NCBI GenBank assembly: GCA_030141605.1
Contig: JAQGDQ010000031.1
Coordinates: 930,001-994,000 of the forward strand
Direction of reading: 5' to 3'
Source of the DNA: Tubiluchus corallicola
Lineage: Eukaryota > Animalia > Priapulida
DNA: 64,000 nucleotides
Shown: in pieces, positions 1 through 12,221 of the stretch
How the letters are laid out: every line of letters begins with the position of its first letter
Position numbering within the stretch: position 1 is the first letter of the stretch
Notes under the pieces: model-generated
Database searches by the model: none
What the model saw: only the letters and a program-made list of their open reading frames with translations
Told to the model about the DNA's origin: nothing
Translations under genes and position numbers: made by a program

Positions 1-300
1 GTCATCAGGTAAATATTCAGTTTGGCCCACTGCAAGTAAGGCATTCTAGTAATGCTTAATTGCATAGTCTTACCGATTGTCACCCTGCCATTTAGTAAGT
101 AGGCTTAACACTGCTTAACTTTCGTGGCCAAGCACTTACAATGGTGAATGGTAGTTGACACTCAATAAAAAAACAAGCTAACAATGTGAAAATAACTGCT
201 GGCTCAGATGACAAATGCAAATTAAGCAATTTAAGCAGTATAGGTGTCGAACCATGATGCAGTAAAACTACTGGTTCCTGCGGTGCATGCATAGGAACCA
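1..300 (-). mobile_element. Decayed LINE reverse-transcriptase fragment
   Basis: Minus-strand translation PILLKLL..SEPAVIF...QLP...W..KLSSVKPTY, then across frameshifts GD...DY..LSIT, resembling the non-LTR RT motif WKxAxVxPIxKxGDxxxxxNYRPISLT; contains stops. Confidence 0.4.
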
Positions 301-712
301 CAAGACACGCTTAACTAGGTCAAAAGTGGATTTCTGTGTGAAGCGTTAATATTAAATTTATGGCCTATAATTGACTTGGTCATAAAATATGGCGACAGTA
401 CCAGCACAGTGCTCGTACTTAATGGAAGTAGTTAAAACTATCACCAGCACGCACACTTGCTCTGCAAATTTCTAGAACATACATTATAAATTTACTTTAT
501 TGAAAACGTTTTTAACTAATAGATGGTAATAATATTTTAGTTGTGTGTTAATTGCCTTAGCATTCGAAAGGAAATGGATTTTATGTATAGAAAAATTGTA
601 TATTTGACAGTCATTTTTGACAGTACATATAACGTCGGTGGATAATTAAACTACATATCACAAGTTAACAGAGTGTACTAATCTGTACATGCTTTTAAGA
701 ATGCCTTCTTTA

Positions 713-830
713 GTGAAGGTTTGGAAGGAGTTTACAATTTCCCGCACAATTTAAATGTACTAACCCTAATCCTAATCCCAACCCTGGCCCAAGCCTAACC
801 TTAACCCTGAACCAACCCTAACCTCAAACC
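713..830. mobile_element. Partial copy of a MITE-like element containing degenerate (CCCTAA)n
   Basis: Left arm GTGAAGGTTTGGAAGGAGTTTACAATTTCCCGCACAA matches the arms of the 11.4 kb element and is followed by TAACCC-like repeats. Confidence 0.55.
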
Positions 831-857
831 TCAGATTTGCACTGGCGATAACTTTTG

Positions 858-1266
858 TTCTTTTGTCAAGTTTTTTTGACGTTCTGAATGCAGCATTTGC
901 AAGTTTGAACAGTTATAGTAAGACATGTATCACAAAGTACTATAAATTGGCACTACTGTTTTTTGTCAAGTTTTTTTGACGTTCTGAATGCAACATTTGC
1001 AAGTTTTGAACAGTTATAGTAAAACATTTATCACAAAGTATTATAAATTGGGCACTACTGTTTTTTGTGAAGTTTTTTGACGTTCCGAATGCAACATTTG
1101 CAAGTTTTTAACAGTTGTAGCAAGATACGTATCACAAAGTACTATAAATTGGCACTACTGTTTTTTTGTCAAGTTCTTTTGACGTTCCGAATGCAACATT
1201 TGCAAGTTTTGAACAGTTGTAGCAAGACACGTATCATCACTAAGTGCTATAAATTGGGCACTACTG
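858..1266. repeat. Tandem repeat, 4 copies of about 100-102 bp
   Basis: Unit TTTTGTCAAGTTTTTTTGACGTTC...TATAAATTGGCACTACTG recurs near 861, 961, 1062 and 1163. Confidence 0.9.
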
Positions 1267-3115
1267 TAAGTCAGAGCAAGACTTTTACCTTTAAAACATA
1301 CTAATTATTTGCTACCCTGAGCCCATGACTTCTAAATCATCAACGTTTCAGTTTTGTGACGCCTTAATTTGGTTTGACAGGTGTCACTGTATGAATTCGC
1401 GCGCAGGGCGGCTCTATGTCAGGGGTTTTGTGGGTTGCTTGCATGTACATCTCAGAACTCACGAAAACACGATTACACGTGTACGCAGTTCTTTTATTAC
1501 GTATAGTTAAGATTGGTTATGTATAAATAGATGATATTTAAGAGTTACGAAACATAAGAATGTAGTCTTAAACAGCATTCTTCGTTCCGGACGGTCAAGG
1601 CACTGCTAGTTTTTGCGCGGAGGAAAAATTCCAGCGAAGGTCAAGTCTGTTGCTTGCTATGCTGCTCGGCTCCTCGTGTGATGTAGTTTAATGTAACGTT
1701 TTGTCATAAAATTAGCCTTTTATATTAACGATCTTGTGCTTGTCAACATAATTCAACTCCACTGTTGATACGTTCGTGCGTGAATGTTCTACAAAACGTT
1801 TCTATGAAGCGCGTCACTAGTAGATATCAGATTATTGATAGTGGTAGTTACTGGTGTGTAACTTAAATGTTCACATTTAGTTAGCGCTTAATCATTAGTA
1901 ATATTTACGATTATTATTGCTTAATATATTGCAGGGTTCAACGTATATAATATACAATAATATTGAAATTATTGTAGGGTCAGAAACTTATTGTTAACTC
2001 CGTTTTAGGGAAAGTTAGCAACTTAATGTTGACTCTGTTTTACGGAAAGTTTATGTATCTGAAGTTAATTCTTCACAGTTAACCATAGTCCCACACAATG
2101 GCCTACTTAATTTTTAATGGCAAAATATAATGAAAATTGTAATTTGGAAACTTTTTTTCTCAAGTTTTCATGTATTTTTCTAATTTGTCGCGCGTTAAAA
2201 TGAATTATGTATTATTAAATTCTCTAGTGACCTGAAATATTTGTTATTAGCAGAAATCCTGTCTATCACTACTTTGGTATGGCTGTAATGTGTACAGTAG
2301 TAACTAAATTCAACCCCTGGGGCTAAATCCAAGTAAAACGGTTTGAAAGTGGCCAGCATTCTTTTAATTCCATGCGCAAATACAGCAAAGTAGTAAAACC
2401 ATGGCCCATGGTAGAACCGGGAGTTAGAATACCGCTAAGATGTTATTGCGAAGGTGCGGATAGCTTGAGTTAACTCTACTTTGAAAGCATGGCACTGTGT
2501 AACGGCACCTTTTTTGTGGTAAAAATGACGTAAAATTTCCCCAACATACCATTAGTGGTTAGACACAAAACAAAACATTGTTTCCTAACTGAATGGTATA
2601 GAAATTTATGAATGATATTAAACGATGTCGTTTATGAGAGCCTGTTTAGGATTCCCTAGGGGCTTACGAAATTGAACATTTTTGTACCAATATTCTTTTA
2701 CGAAAAAGTTTCTCTTTCTACACGCTAATAACAAATTAAAACTAATAATTAGCGGAGCTGTAGTCACTTAGCCAGTCATACATTTGAATTTACAGTGTAC
2801 TTGTAAGTTATCATTGTTATTTAACATATTTAACACTTTCATTGAGTATTTACAATTACAATTCACACAATACATACACTGTTTACAAAGATGTAAATAC
2901 ATACATATATAACGCTATAAAAACATATACCACGTTAGTGACAATAGAATGATACAAGTTAAATTCAGTTATTTAAACTAAAGATAGGGCACCAAACTTC
3001 GATGTGTAAACCAAATGGCATAACGTAAGTATACATAAACACAAATTTAAGGTAGTTACATATACGTATAGTATTTAATATGCATAACGATGTCAGTTAC
3101 ATATATGTGTATGTA

Positions 3116-3169
3116 CACACGCACGCACACACGCACGCACGCACGCACACACACACACACACACACACA
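3116..3169. repeat. (GCAC)n/(CA)n microsatellite
   Basis: Read directly from sequence. Confidence 0.9.
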
Positions 3170-3644
3170 GCTCATTTTTTTAAATTTATAATAATTACAT
3201 CCTGGAACTGAAAAATTTTAAAACAAAATTACAAGCAATGTTATAACCTTTCACAAAAATATTTACAATTCAACTATGACGCTATGCTACGTATACACTA
3301 TACTATTCCAGGTCCATAATCCATGTTATACAAAAACTAAATTTGGCTAAATTTTATGTGGCAGTCCACTAAACATTAATTTGTTTTTATGGCTGCGCGT
3401 TCCTTCATGCAGCTTAGCCTCGATAAATATTTGATGTGGCTGCTCGCTCAGCTTTTTATTCCATACGGTTACCGAATGCGCACCGAATTCTAAAGAAAGT
3501 TTACTTACTTTAAACTATTTAATCAACTGTCAGGGTCATATCCTCAAAAGAAAATGTTTAAAATGAAAAATCAGGTCAGTTCTGTAACAATAACAAAGTA
3601 ATTTAATGTTAATTTAATGTGCAGTACATAATTTTAGTACGTAA

Positions 3645-3698
3645 ATCTCTCTTTCCTTCCGTCTCTCTCAATGTGTTTCTTTCTCCTTTATCTCTCTC

Positions 3699-3735
<37 letters not shown>

Positions 3736-3856
3736 ACCCCGTCTTCCCCCTCACCCCTTCTCTCTGTCCCACTTACACCACGTCTCTCTTTTCGTACTTT
3801 TTCAACTTTCTTTACTAGAACCCTTTCTTCGTTTAACTATATTTCTCTTTCCTTTT
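3645..3856. repeat. (CT)n-rich polypyrimidine tract
   Basis: Read directly from sequence. Confidence 0.85.
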
Positions 3857-6800
3857 AGCGTTTTTGCGGTTTATCCCATCTAAGTACGGTCGTTTTTCTC
3901 GTTTATTGTCTACAATCATGGACATGCTGAAATTGTGCGTATTGATGAAACACCCGTGTCGTGTGTGGGAAAGTTTTTGTGCATTTATGTTGCCTGGCGG
4001 AGTAAATCATCGTAAAATTGCGGGGGAAATTAGAAGAAATATATTTGTATTGATATAACAAGCTGCGAATTATCACCGATTTCAGATAAACACCAAACTG
4101 TTCGTAGAAAACTCGCGAATTAGTAAAACTAGCAGATTGCTCTCAGACTCGTGTACGTATTAGTAATTGATATTTGGCAACATGTTTTGGTCTTATTGCA
4201 CAATACATGTACACGCAATTTTTTGTTGTATAGATGGCAGTACTATTTCGGCATAATGGGCGGAAATTAATTAACGGATACTAGGTGGCGCAATAACAAT
4301 ACTGTTCGCTGAATTTCGTTGTAAACTGTAAATTAAGATAAACGTAGTTGTTTCCATATGCAATGCAAATAATACTTGGATGTTGGACTTGCTTTAAAAT
4401 ATAGTATAACGAACCGTTTGCTATTAAAAATAACTGTCATTTATTAGTAAAAACTGTATATTGATCGTGGATGTGAAACAGGGAAAAGGTTGACTTCAAT
4501 TCAATTCAAATTCTGCAACTATCGTTTGCAAAATTTTCAGTTTTTGACTACGCTAGGAACACTGTCAACAAGTGAATGATGTGAAAGTTGGACGAGTGTT
4601 TTTACGTGAATGCCTCATTCGTGGTGTTACTAAAAAGTTTTTGTTGTGAACTTGTGTTCATAGTTTAATAATATACTTGCATAATTTCGTATACTCGGAT
4701 TACAGTGGGTTGTTAGCGAATATTAGGTGTAATCTATGAAACCTATCATAAATTGGGCGAAAACCCACTTATTACTAAACTAATACCAAATAATCTAGCT
4801 TAAGTTACTGTAAGGATTTCTGAGGGTCCAGAAAGCGTGTCATGATGAGCAATAAACCTTAATAGTTGGTTTGCTCATTCTGATTCCTTTAAACCACTTA
4901 ATAATAGTTTTATTTCATCTTTTATGTTAAACAGAATAATGAGGCGGCAAAGCCGTGGTATATGTAGTCATAACTGATTTTGAAGTAAAATTTATTTCAA
5001 ACTGGTAAAATTTTGTAGCGGAGCGTAATGGAGAACATAATAGTAATACCGTAATAGGAACATTTTATTGCAGACAACCACTTTCCCCACTGTCGCCAGC
5101 CTTGCCTCGTTGCATTATGGGATTGCTATACAGATTCAATATTCTGTTCGGAATATATTGGCAAGCCTATTTCAAGCATAGGCTGATCCATGGGTGACTC
5201 TTAGAGCGCATATGCTTGCTTCCTATTTCTTATGCTTTCTCTTACTCAACACCTCTTCCTTACAGTCGACGACTGTATCGAAAATTTAGAAAGTTTATTT
5301 AAAAGTTAAAATTAAATTATTGGTTTAAGCTTTGTTATATTTTCAATGTGTTATTATCTACATGTTGTTATGTCCCTTTAAAAGTAATTGTACGGTTAAA
5401 ACTCACAAGAAAATTCGAAAGTATCAAACTTCATGTTTAAACATGTTTTAAACACTAATTTAGAAAGTTCAACTTAATTTAGTGAAATGAAAATATTGAA
5501 ACCTTAATTTCTTGTCATCTTCAGTTCACAGTTGGGGTTCAGTTTGTATTTAGATTGGAGCTGGGATTTTGTCCCAGACTTCGCTGGAAATATTACAGTA
5601 CTCCCTCGCCTTTCTACTTGTAGCCCGCGAGGAGTACATACCACTCTGCTAGGTCCTTATGGAGACCTTGGTTATAAAACGTCAAACAGTATAAATGTTA
5701 ATGTAATTAGTCCCAACACTTTTCAAGATTGTTATAATGCCTGTACCCGACTACCTGTACATTGTAATGACAGCACACATCATTCATTACATCAATTGCC
5801 AATAACCCCCCCCCCCGTAGTGTAACGTAGAAGCTCAATTACAAATATCTGTTATTGCCATATATTGTTATAAAGGTGTTTGTTCCAATATTTCCCCCGT
5901 TCAAGTGGTGCAATATGATTTATTACACATAACAAGAGCTCAGCGAGTTCTCTGTAAATACGGGCGACAGTTTATTATTACGACCCTTTAAGTATTGTAT
6001 TATTGGACGTCGGAATTGAAAACTAGTCATAGTTTCGTCACGTGACTCACAAAGTGAAGCCTGCCTTGTTACCTGGCTAGTGTACATTCTTACTGACTTA
6101 GAGTATTAGGCCCAACGTGACCAGTACCTTTGACCCACTGACCTTTGGCCTACGGTTACAACCATGGAAGTCGAGTACAGGCATCAGTTCATATTCATTA
6201 AAATTATATTTATATAATGCAACAGCAAGATATCTTGTCACCAAAATATGACTGTCGGAAACTTAAATTAAATTCTATCATAATGTAATTTAATGTCACC
6301 ATAACTTTTACGGGTAATATACCATGTTATTATTATCAAAAGTTTTTTATTAGCACACAGTATTCCAAACCTGTGTATAATCTTGTGAAATTCGCGCAAA
6401 GGTGACGAAATAATTCAACGACTATGGTATAGGCCGCGAGAGAAATTATAAATACTGCTCATTTTTGTTAAGTATGAATTCTTGATACAGTATAAGGCTT
6501 ATAATAATATGGGTTCTATGCGCCAGTTATTAATGCTAGCTGCTGTAAGGCTACCCCGATAAATGAGAGCTAGAAATTAGGTAACCATTGCGGCGTTATT
6601 GTGTTGTTGACAGGCCATGAGCTAAATAGTTCACCTACGTAGGTATTACACTTGATATAGACAGCAGAATGCTGAGCCATCCACGTGTATTGCAAGACAT
6701 ACAATAGTGACTAACCTAGCACAGAAATTATAACCTCTGATGCTACTAACTCTATAAGCTTCGTAGCTACTTGCTTTGACTACTACCTCCTACCGAATGA

Positions 6801-6929
6801 CTGACATATGTAGTATGGCTTAACCACAAGAATTCTGCGGAGTTCATGCTTAGTACACAAGAATTTTATTTTACATCATGTAACCTCCAATAGCTGTACT
6901 CTAATAACTCTGTAACATCATATAACCTC

Positions 6930-7080
6930 TACTTTCTCACGCTTCCCCTTCTCTCTCTTCTCATTCTCTCTTCTCTCTCTCCCCCTCTCTCTCTCTCCCT
7001 CTCTCCCCCTCTCTCTCTCTCTTGCTTCTCCCTTCCTCCCTTCTCTCTCATCATTTTCACTTTTCAGCCTCTTCATCTTC
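6930..7080. repeat. (CT)n-rich polypyrimidine tract
   Basis: Read directly from sequence. Confidence 0.85.
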
Positions 7081-9472
7081 GACAAAACACATTTCATATT
7101 CTTTGCAGTATTTACACTGTGATTGAACTGGTTTCATTTATCAATCACTTGAGCCTGGAGTACTTAACAGCCAGCCAATCCTCTTTAATAATTTAACACT
7201 AACAGCAAGTCGGGCGGCACAGAAGAGAAATTGCCTCTTAATTAGTGATGTTGTTAACCAGCCGCTGAGAGAATTCAATTTGCATTACATAGGGGCGCGG
7301 GTAATGCTACACTTTACATGGCTTCGTGATCGGCTTCTGGCAGATACTATATAATAGCTGGCCTTATCAGCCAAAAATTTGGGCAGTTCGTCCTATAAAC
7401 TGTCAAATGATCCTTGTACCGTATCGCAACTCTAGGTAGTCAAAAAAACTGATAAATTTTTATGAACATTATTAAGTTTTCAACATCTATTTGTACATTA
7501 TGTCATTTACGAATCAAGAGTAGCCAGATTTATTTTAGTTAAATGGACTGAACTGGACTAGACTGTACTGCTTTAAGAAGCTTGTATATTATCTGGAGTG
7601 GGGAGTTGTTCTGATGGTAAATTCACTTGTACTCATATACTTATTATATGATGAAAGCAGTTGGGCTAGAGTGAAAGGGATGGGAAAAGACGAGGTGATC
7701 AACTGACCATATTGGCCATACTTATTGTGAAAATATTTCGTACTTTTCATTTGAAAAAAATTATGACCTTGATGTTTGTATAATTTCATTAGGTGAAGTA
7801 TGTGTTAAGAAATTCGAATGAGATCAGATCTTAGTCTATAAGTGTTCAGGTTGTATTTTGTGTTTTATAAGACGACCTGAATGAACTTTTTGAACTCTTC
7901 GGATTTCATTGAGATTCATTCATTTTGAGACCATTAAAACGTCTGAAGCTCTATTTATTACAAAAGAGGCAACATTATACACCTTACGTGAAGTCAAGAA
8001 TACATCTTAACTGTGTAAATAACGTTATATATTATTATATTAACAACCTAAGTAAATTCATGTGAGATAGGTCACGTGACGCATCTTCCGTACGCCATTT
8101 GTAATCAACATGTTAATGGGTTTTTACAGTTTACATACCTTGATCTCTTGAGTTCACTGCTGAAATCCTTATTACTTTCGATAGAAATTTACGTCGCCTT
8201 CTTTCATCTTTAATACCGGTTCGTTGTTTGCCTTGCCATTGACGAGCTAATATTTGACTAGATCTTTTATCTCATGGTAAAGTTAATGTTAAGCCGTTGG
8301 CAAAGGCGAAGCGCCGCCAAGGTGTTTGGCGAATCATCAATGATAGAGAATCTTTCAAAGAATTTTTGTTATCAGTCACGTTGTTTATGTAGCCTATACA
8401 ACCTGGTACAGTTATTTTGAATTATTTCACTATCTTTGGACAACACTTATTGTTCTTCACAGCTGTATAAATAATTATTGAGAAGTGCAAAATTTATCGT
8501 AAACATAGAAGTGATGACCACACATTTTTGTGGTGAACAAGCAAATTATCATTGAGACCTAGTAGTGTTGCTAAATGCTCAAGATCTTTGTCTGTTTCAT
8601 CTAAGTAAGCTAGGATTTGTTCAGCAGGAACCCTTTTGGGAGGTTTCAGTAATTCTTTGGAGAATTTTCTAAAAGTCTATAATAATTACATAGGTCCTAT
8701 CCAGATCATGGTTCTTTGCTGGTTTTGTGGTCCAGTTTTTGTTGGAGATCTCGTTTGGCTGTTTGACGCACATCAGCTTTTTGTATAATCGACTTTTTGT
8801 ACACCTAATCTTTCTGCTGCTTTTTTAGGAATGCAAGTTCAACTACGTATGATGTGGAAAAGATTTTCACTTTTGTTCCATTTTTAGCTATTGATACGGT
8901 GTATTTTCTTTCTTGTTATATCCTCTAAATGTGACTCCCGCAGACTCCTAGACAGGCCTATTTACGTGGATTTTTCTGGGCACTCAACGTTTTTTTGGCT
9001 TTAGATGTCCTGTTGCCCGATAGTGTCGCCATCAACAGGGTTTAAAAAATATTTGGCTAGTAGATGCGATTAAGTACATTTTTACGAAGACAATGTAAAG
9101 TCAGGAAGGAAAACCCAATACCCAGCTTATTTGGCACTTATAAATTTTGAGTAAGAGTACTTACTATTCAGAGTGGAATGCAAATCAAATAGCGAACTTA
9201 TTGACAAGCCTGGCATCTTATAAGTATTACTTTTGGTCTTTTTTTATTCACGATACGTACTGGAAAATGGTGTTTTACGTTGTATTCCCATTCTTATATG
9301 GGATTATGTCTAACATATATAGTCTTATAATCTTATAATAAAAATATAAAAATAATATTAATAAATAATATAAGTATATAATAATTTAACTAAACAAAAT
9401 CAGAGTTCGGCCAGTCCTACCAATGTTGTATTATTAACTACTGCAATGATAACTATTTTTATTATATTCTAG

Positions 9473-9622
9473 GGGTGGGTTCGCTCTCACAATTGTGTTC
9501 TTGTCCACACAATCAATTTTCATGCACGCCTACATCGCACGCCACCTGTACGTGCATTCCGCAACAATGGCATTGTGATGGTGACAACGACTGTGGCGAC
9601 CTCAGCGACGAAAAGGGATGCG
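9473..9622 (+). CDS. LRP4: LRP4 exon: LDLa repeat 1
   Basis: ttctag|...G|gtaag; [42 protein letters not shown]. Confidence 0.9.
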
Positions 9623-12165
9623 GTAAGATCAAAGCTACTACGTTGAATTACAACTACGTTGATAAGATGTTCACTATTTTTTACTCGCATTAGATAATAA
9701 TATTACTTCACAAACATGCCTAATGAATTTGCTTTGCTTGATGGATCAACATTTCTAGAAATATTATTAAGACGCGAAAAAGATGAATAGATTACAATAC
9801 AACTGAAATGTTAATTTCAATGCTGTGAATTTACAAAAACTTTTTTTACTCGCTGTATACTTAATAATGTTATAGTAACTTGAAATCTCAACTTTTATTT
9901 TAAATAGTGCAAATTATAGGTGTCGAGTTCCAGATACAAGGATTGTTTACGACGTGAGGTACCTTTATGTTGCTGTGGCAGATTTTATATGATGATATTA
10001 GTTGTTCATGTAGTTTTAGATTTAATTTTGGAATTATCAGATAATGACGGAAGATACATACAATTTTTCATTTTGAAGCGAAATTTAACTAAATGAGGGT
10101 AAATGTGAAAAAGAGGCGCCTGGATTTGACTCAGGGAGCCTTTGGCGGCTCACATGTTCCGAGGGCCACTCGTCCTGACTGTTTCACATTTATTAAAGTT
10201 TTATCTCAAAATCCAATGATTGATAAGAGTGGGTTCGTTACATTATTTACTCAAAGACTTTTTGTTTTGTCCCTCTTAATTTAAACTCACTGGTTTACAT
10301 TAATTGTCAAACTTTACTAATTGTCAAGTAAGGGTAGCTAACTTGATGACCAATTGGTCTTCCGCTACCCTTTCTCCTGCACTCACCTAACTCTTTCTTT
10401 TATGCTTTTGTGCTTAATTTATCCTGATTAACTAATAATTATAGCAATTACAGCCTATTTGTATTCTGGTGTAAATGAGGAGATAAATAAAAAATGTCTA
10501 TGTCTATTTACCTGACAGCGATGTACACGCGTTTCACGTAGATAAGAGTATTGTGCCTGCTGTGTGTATGGTTTTGAAATAGTTATGCTTGTCAGCAACT
10601 TAGTGTAGTGAGATAAAAATATTGAAGCTTTTAAATATAGGTGTTTTAAAATGACTAGAATCACTAAATGAGGTATTTCCTCCAGTGTTACCTGTTTCCC
10701 CTTTTCTAGCGTTATTATGTAGTATTTCATTCAAGTCTTTAAACATTACTAATAAGTTTTAAGTCTGACTAAAAACTCTGAAGCAGATTGATACTATACA
10801 GCCGTAAAGTACCGGCAGAACTTTCAGAAGCTGTTAGTGTGAGTGGTGGGTGGGGCATTAGTGGTTACGGACAAAGTAGGAGCGTCTTGAGCTCTCAAAT
10901 TTGTGGGGTGTGAATTAGCACAGAATAAGTCAGTAATATGTGACATTATGAGTCGAACAGTTCTGCAATAAGACAAATTCGGCTTCGAGTTTTTTCTGGA
11001 AATTGCCAATTGTGTAACAGTATTGTAAAAAAATAAAATTATAGAGTGATATAGTTGCGTTTATCTGTCAGTATTTTCGAGTGTTTGTGAATTTTCACAC
11101 AATTACGTGTTTTTCTGTCAGGTTAAAATCATGTTGTGTGGACATATGTGTCAACTCTTTGGCTGAACGTGGCTAAAATATTAACACTGATTGTCAGTTT
11201 TTTAAAACAGATGTCTACGCATTTACTAAGTCTGTCTTGCTAAAATGTTGGCAGGCTGGAAGGCAGACAGATAGGTTTAATGTCCCTTTGTTCATTTCAA
11301 CGCCAAAAGTTGGGTTATAAAATTTGTTATCATTACAAATTTGACACTGACATGGCAAAACTGAAGGAGTGTGTGAGAGCCGGTTTTTCATACATAAAGT
11401 TACTTCAAGCTGCAATTATCTGTAAAAAATTCTGGAAGAAGTTTACAATTTCTCCGCACAATCTGAATACCCTAACCATACCCTAACCCTAACACTAACC
11501 CTAACCCTTATTCTAACCCTACTTTACTTCTCGAACTATTTTTTTGTGTGGGGAATTGTAAACTTTAGCCAAAACTTCAGTAATAATTTCGATGGTTTTG
11601 TCTGTCTGCCCTCATCGTCTTATAATTGACCTTTTGTGTCTCTATAATTAAAACAAAGCTAAAGTAGTAAAGCTTAATAACTGTAATTATCATGATGTTA
11701 GAATAAATGCAGCCGTCTAGCCCAGTATCACAAGACCTTCGTCCAACAATAGTTTATGTTTCATGCTTCTTATTCAACCAGAAATGATGACCTATAAAAA
11801 TTAGCTTCCGGGTCTGTTCTGGTAAAGGTGCCCGTGCGCTGCTATTGCTTTCTAAAGCCAGTAGCTTTACTGTTGAATTCTAATTAAATCGGTACAAGAC
11901 TAAAAACAGCTATGATATTGTATTATTGGTCTTCTTTTATATGTGAACGTGTCTGTATGTATGTAGCGTGTTAACTGCAGAAGGTAAAGCTGTTATTGTC
12001 CGATTTCAACTTTATGCTTCCTATTACTGCAAACAATCTTGTTCTGTCTTTCTCTCCCCCTCTCTCTCTTTCTTTCTCCTTTCTCCTTTCCTTCCTCTCT
12101 TCGTTTCCTTCCCGTTCTCTTTCTCTCTCTCTCCTTTCTTCTCTCTCTCTCTCTCCTTCCCTTTC

Positions 12166-12221
<56 letters not shown>

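Noticed and set aside
5532-5825. 97-aa ORF after an acceptor-like sequence
   Set aside because: No recognisable domain, non-ATG start, and it does not fit the LRP4 exon chain.
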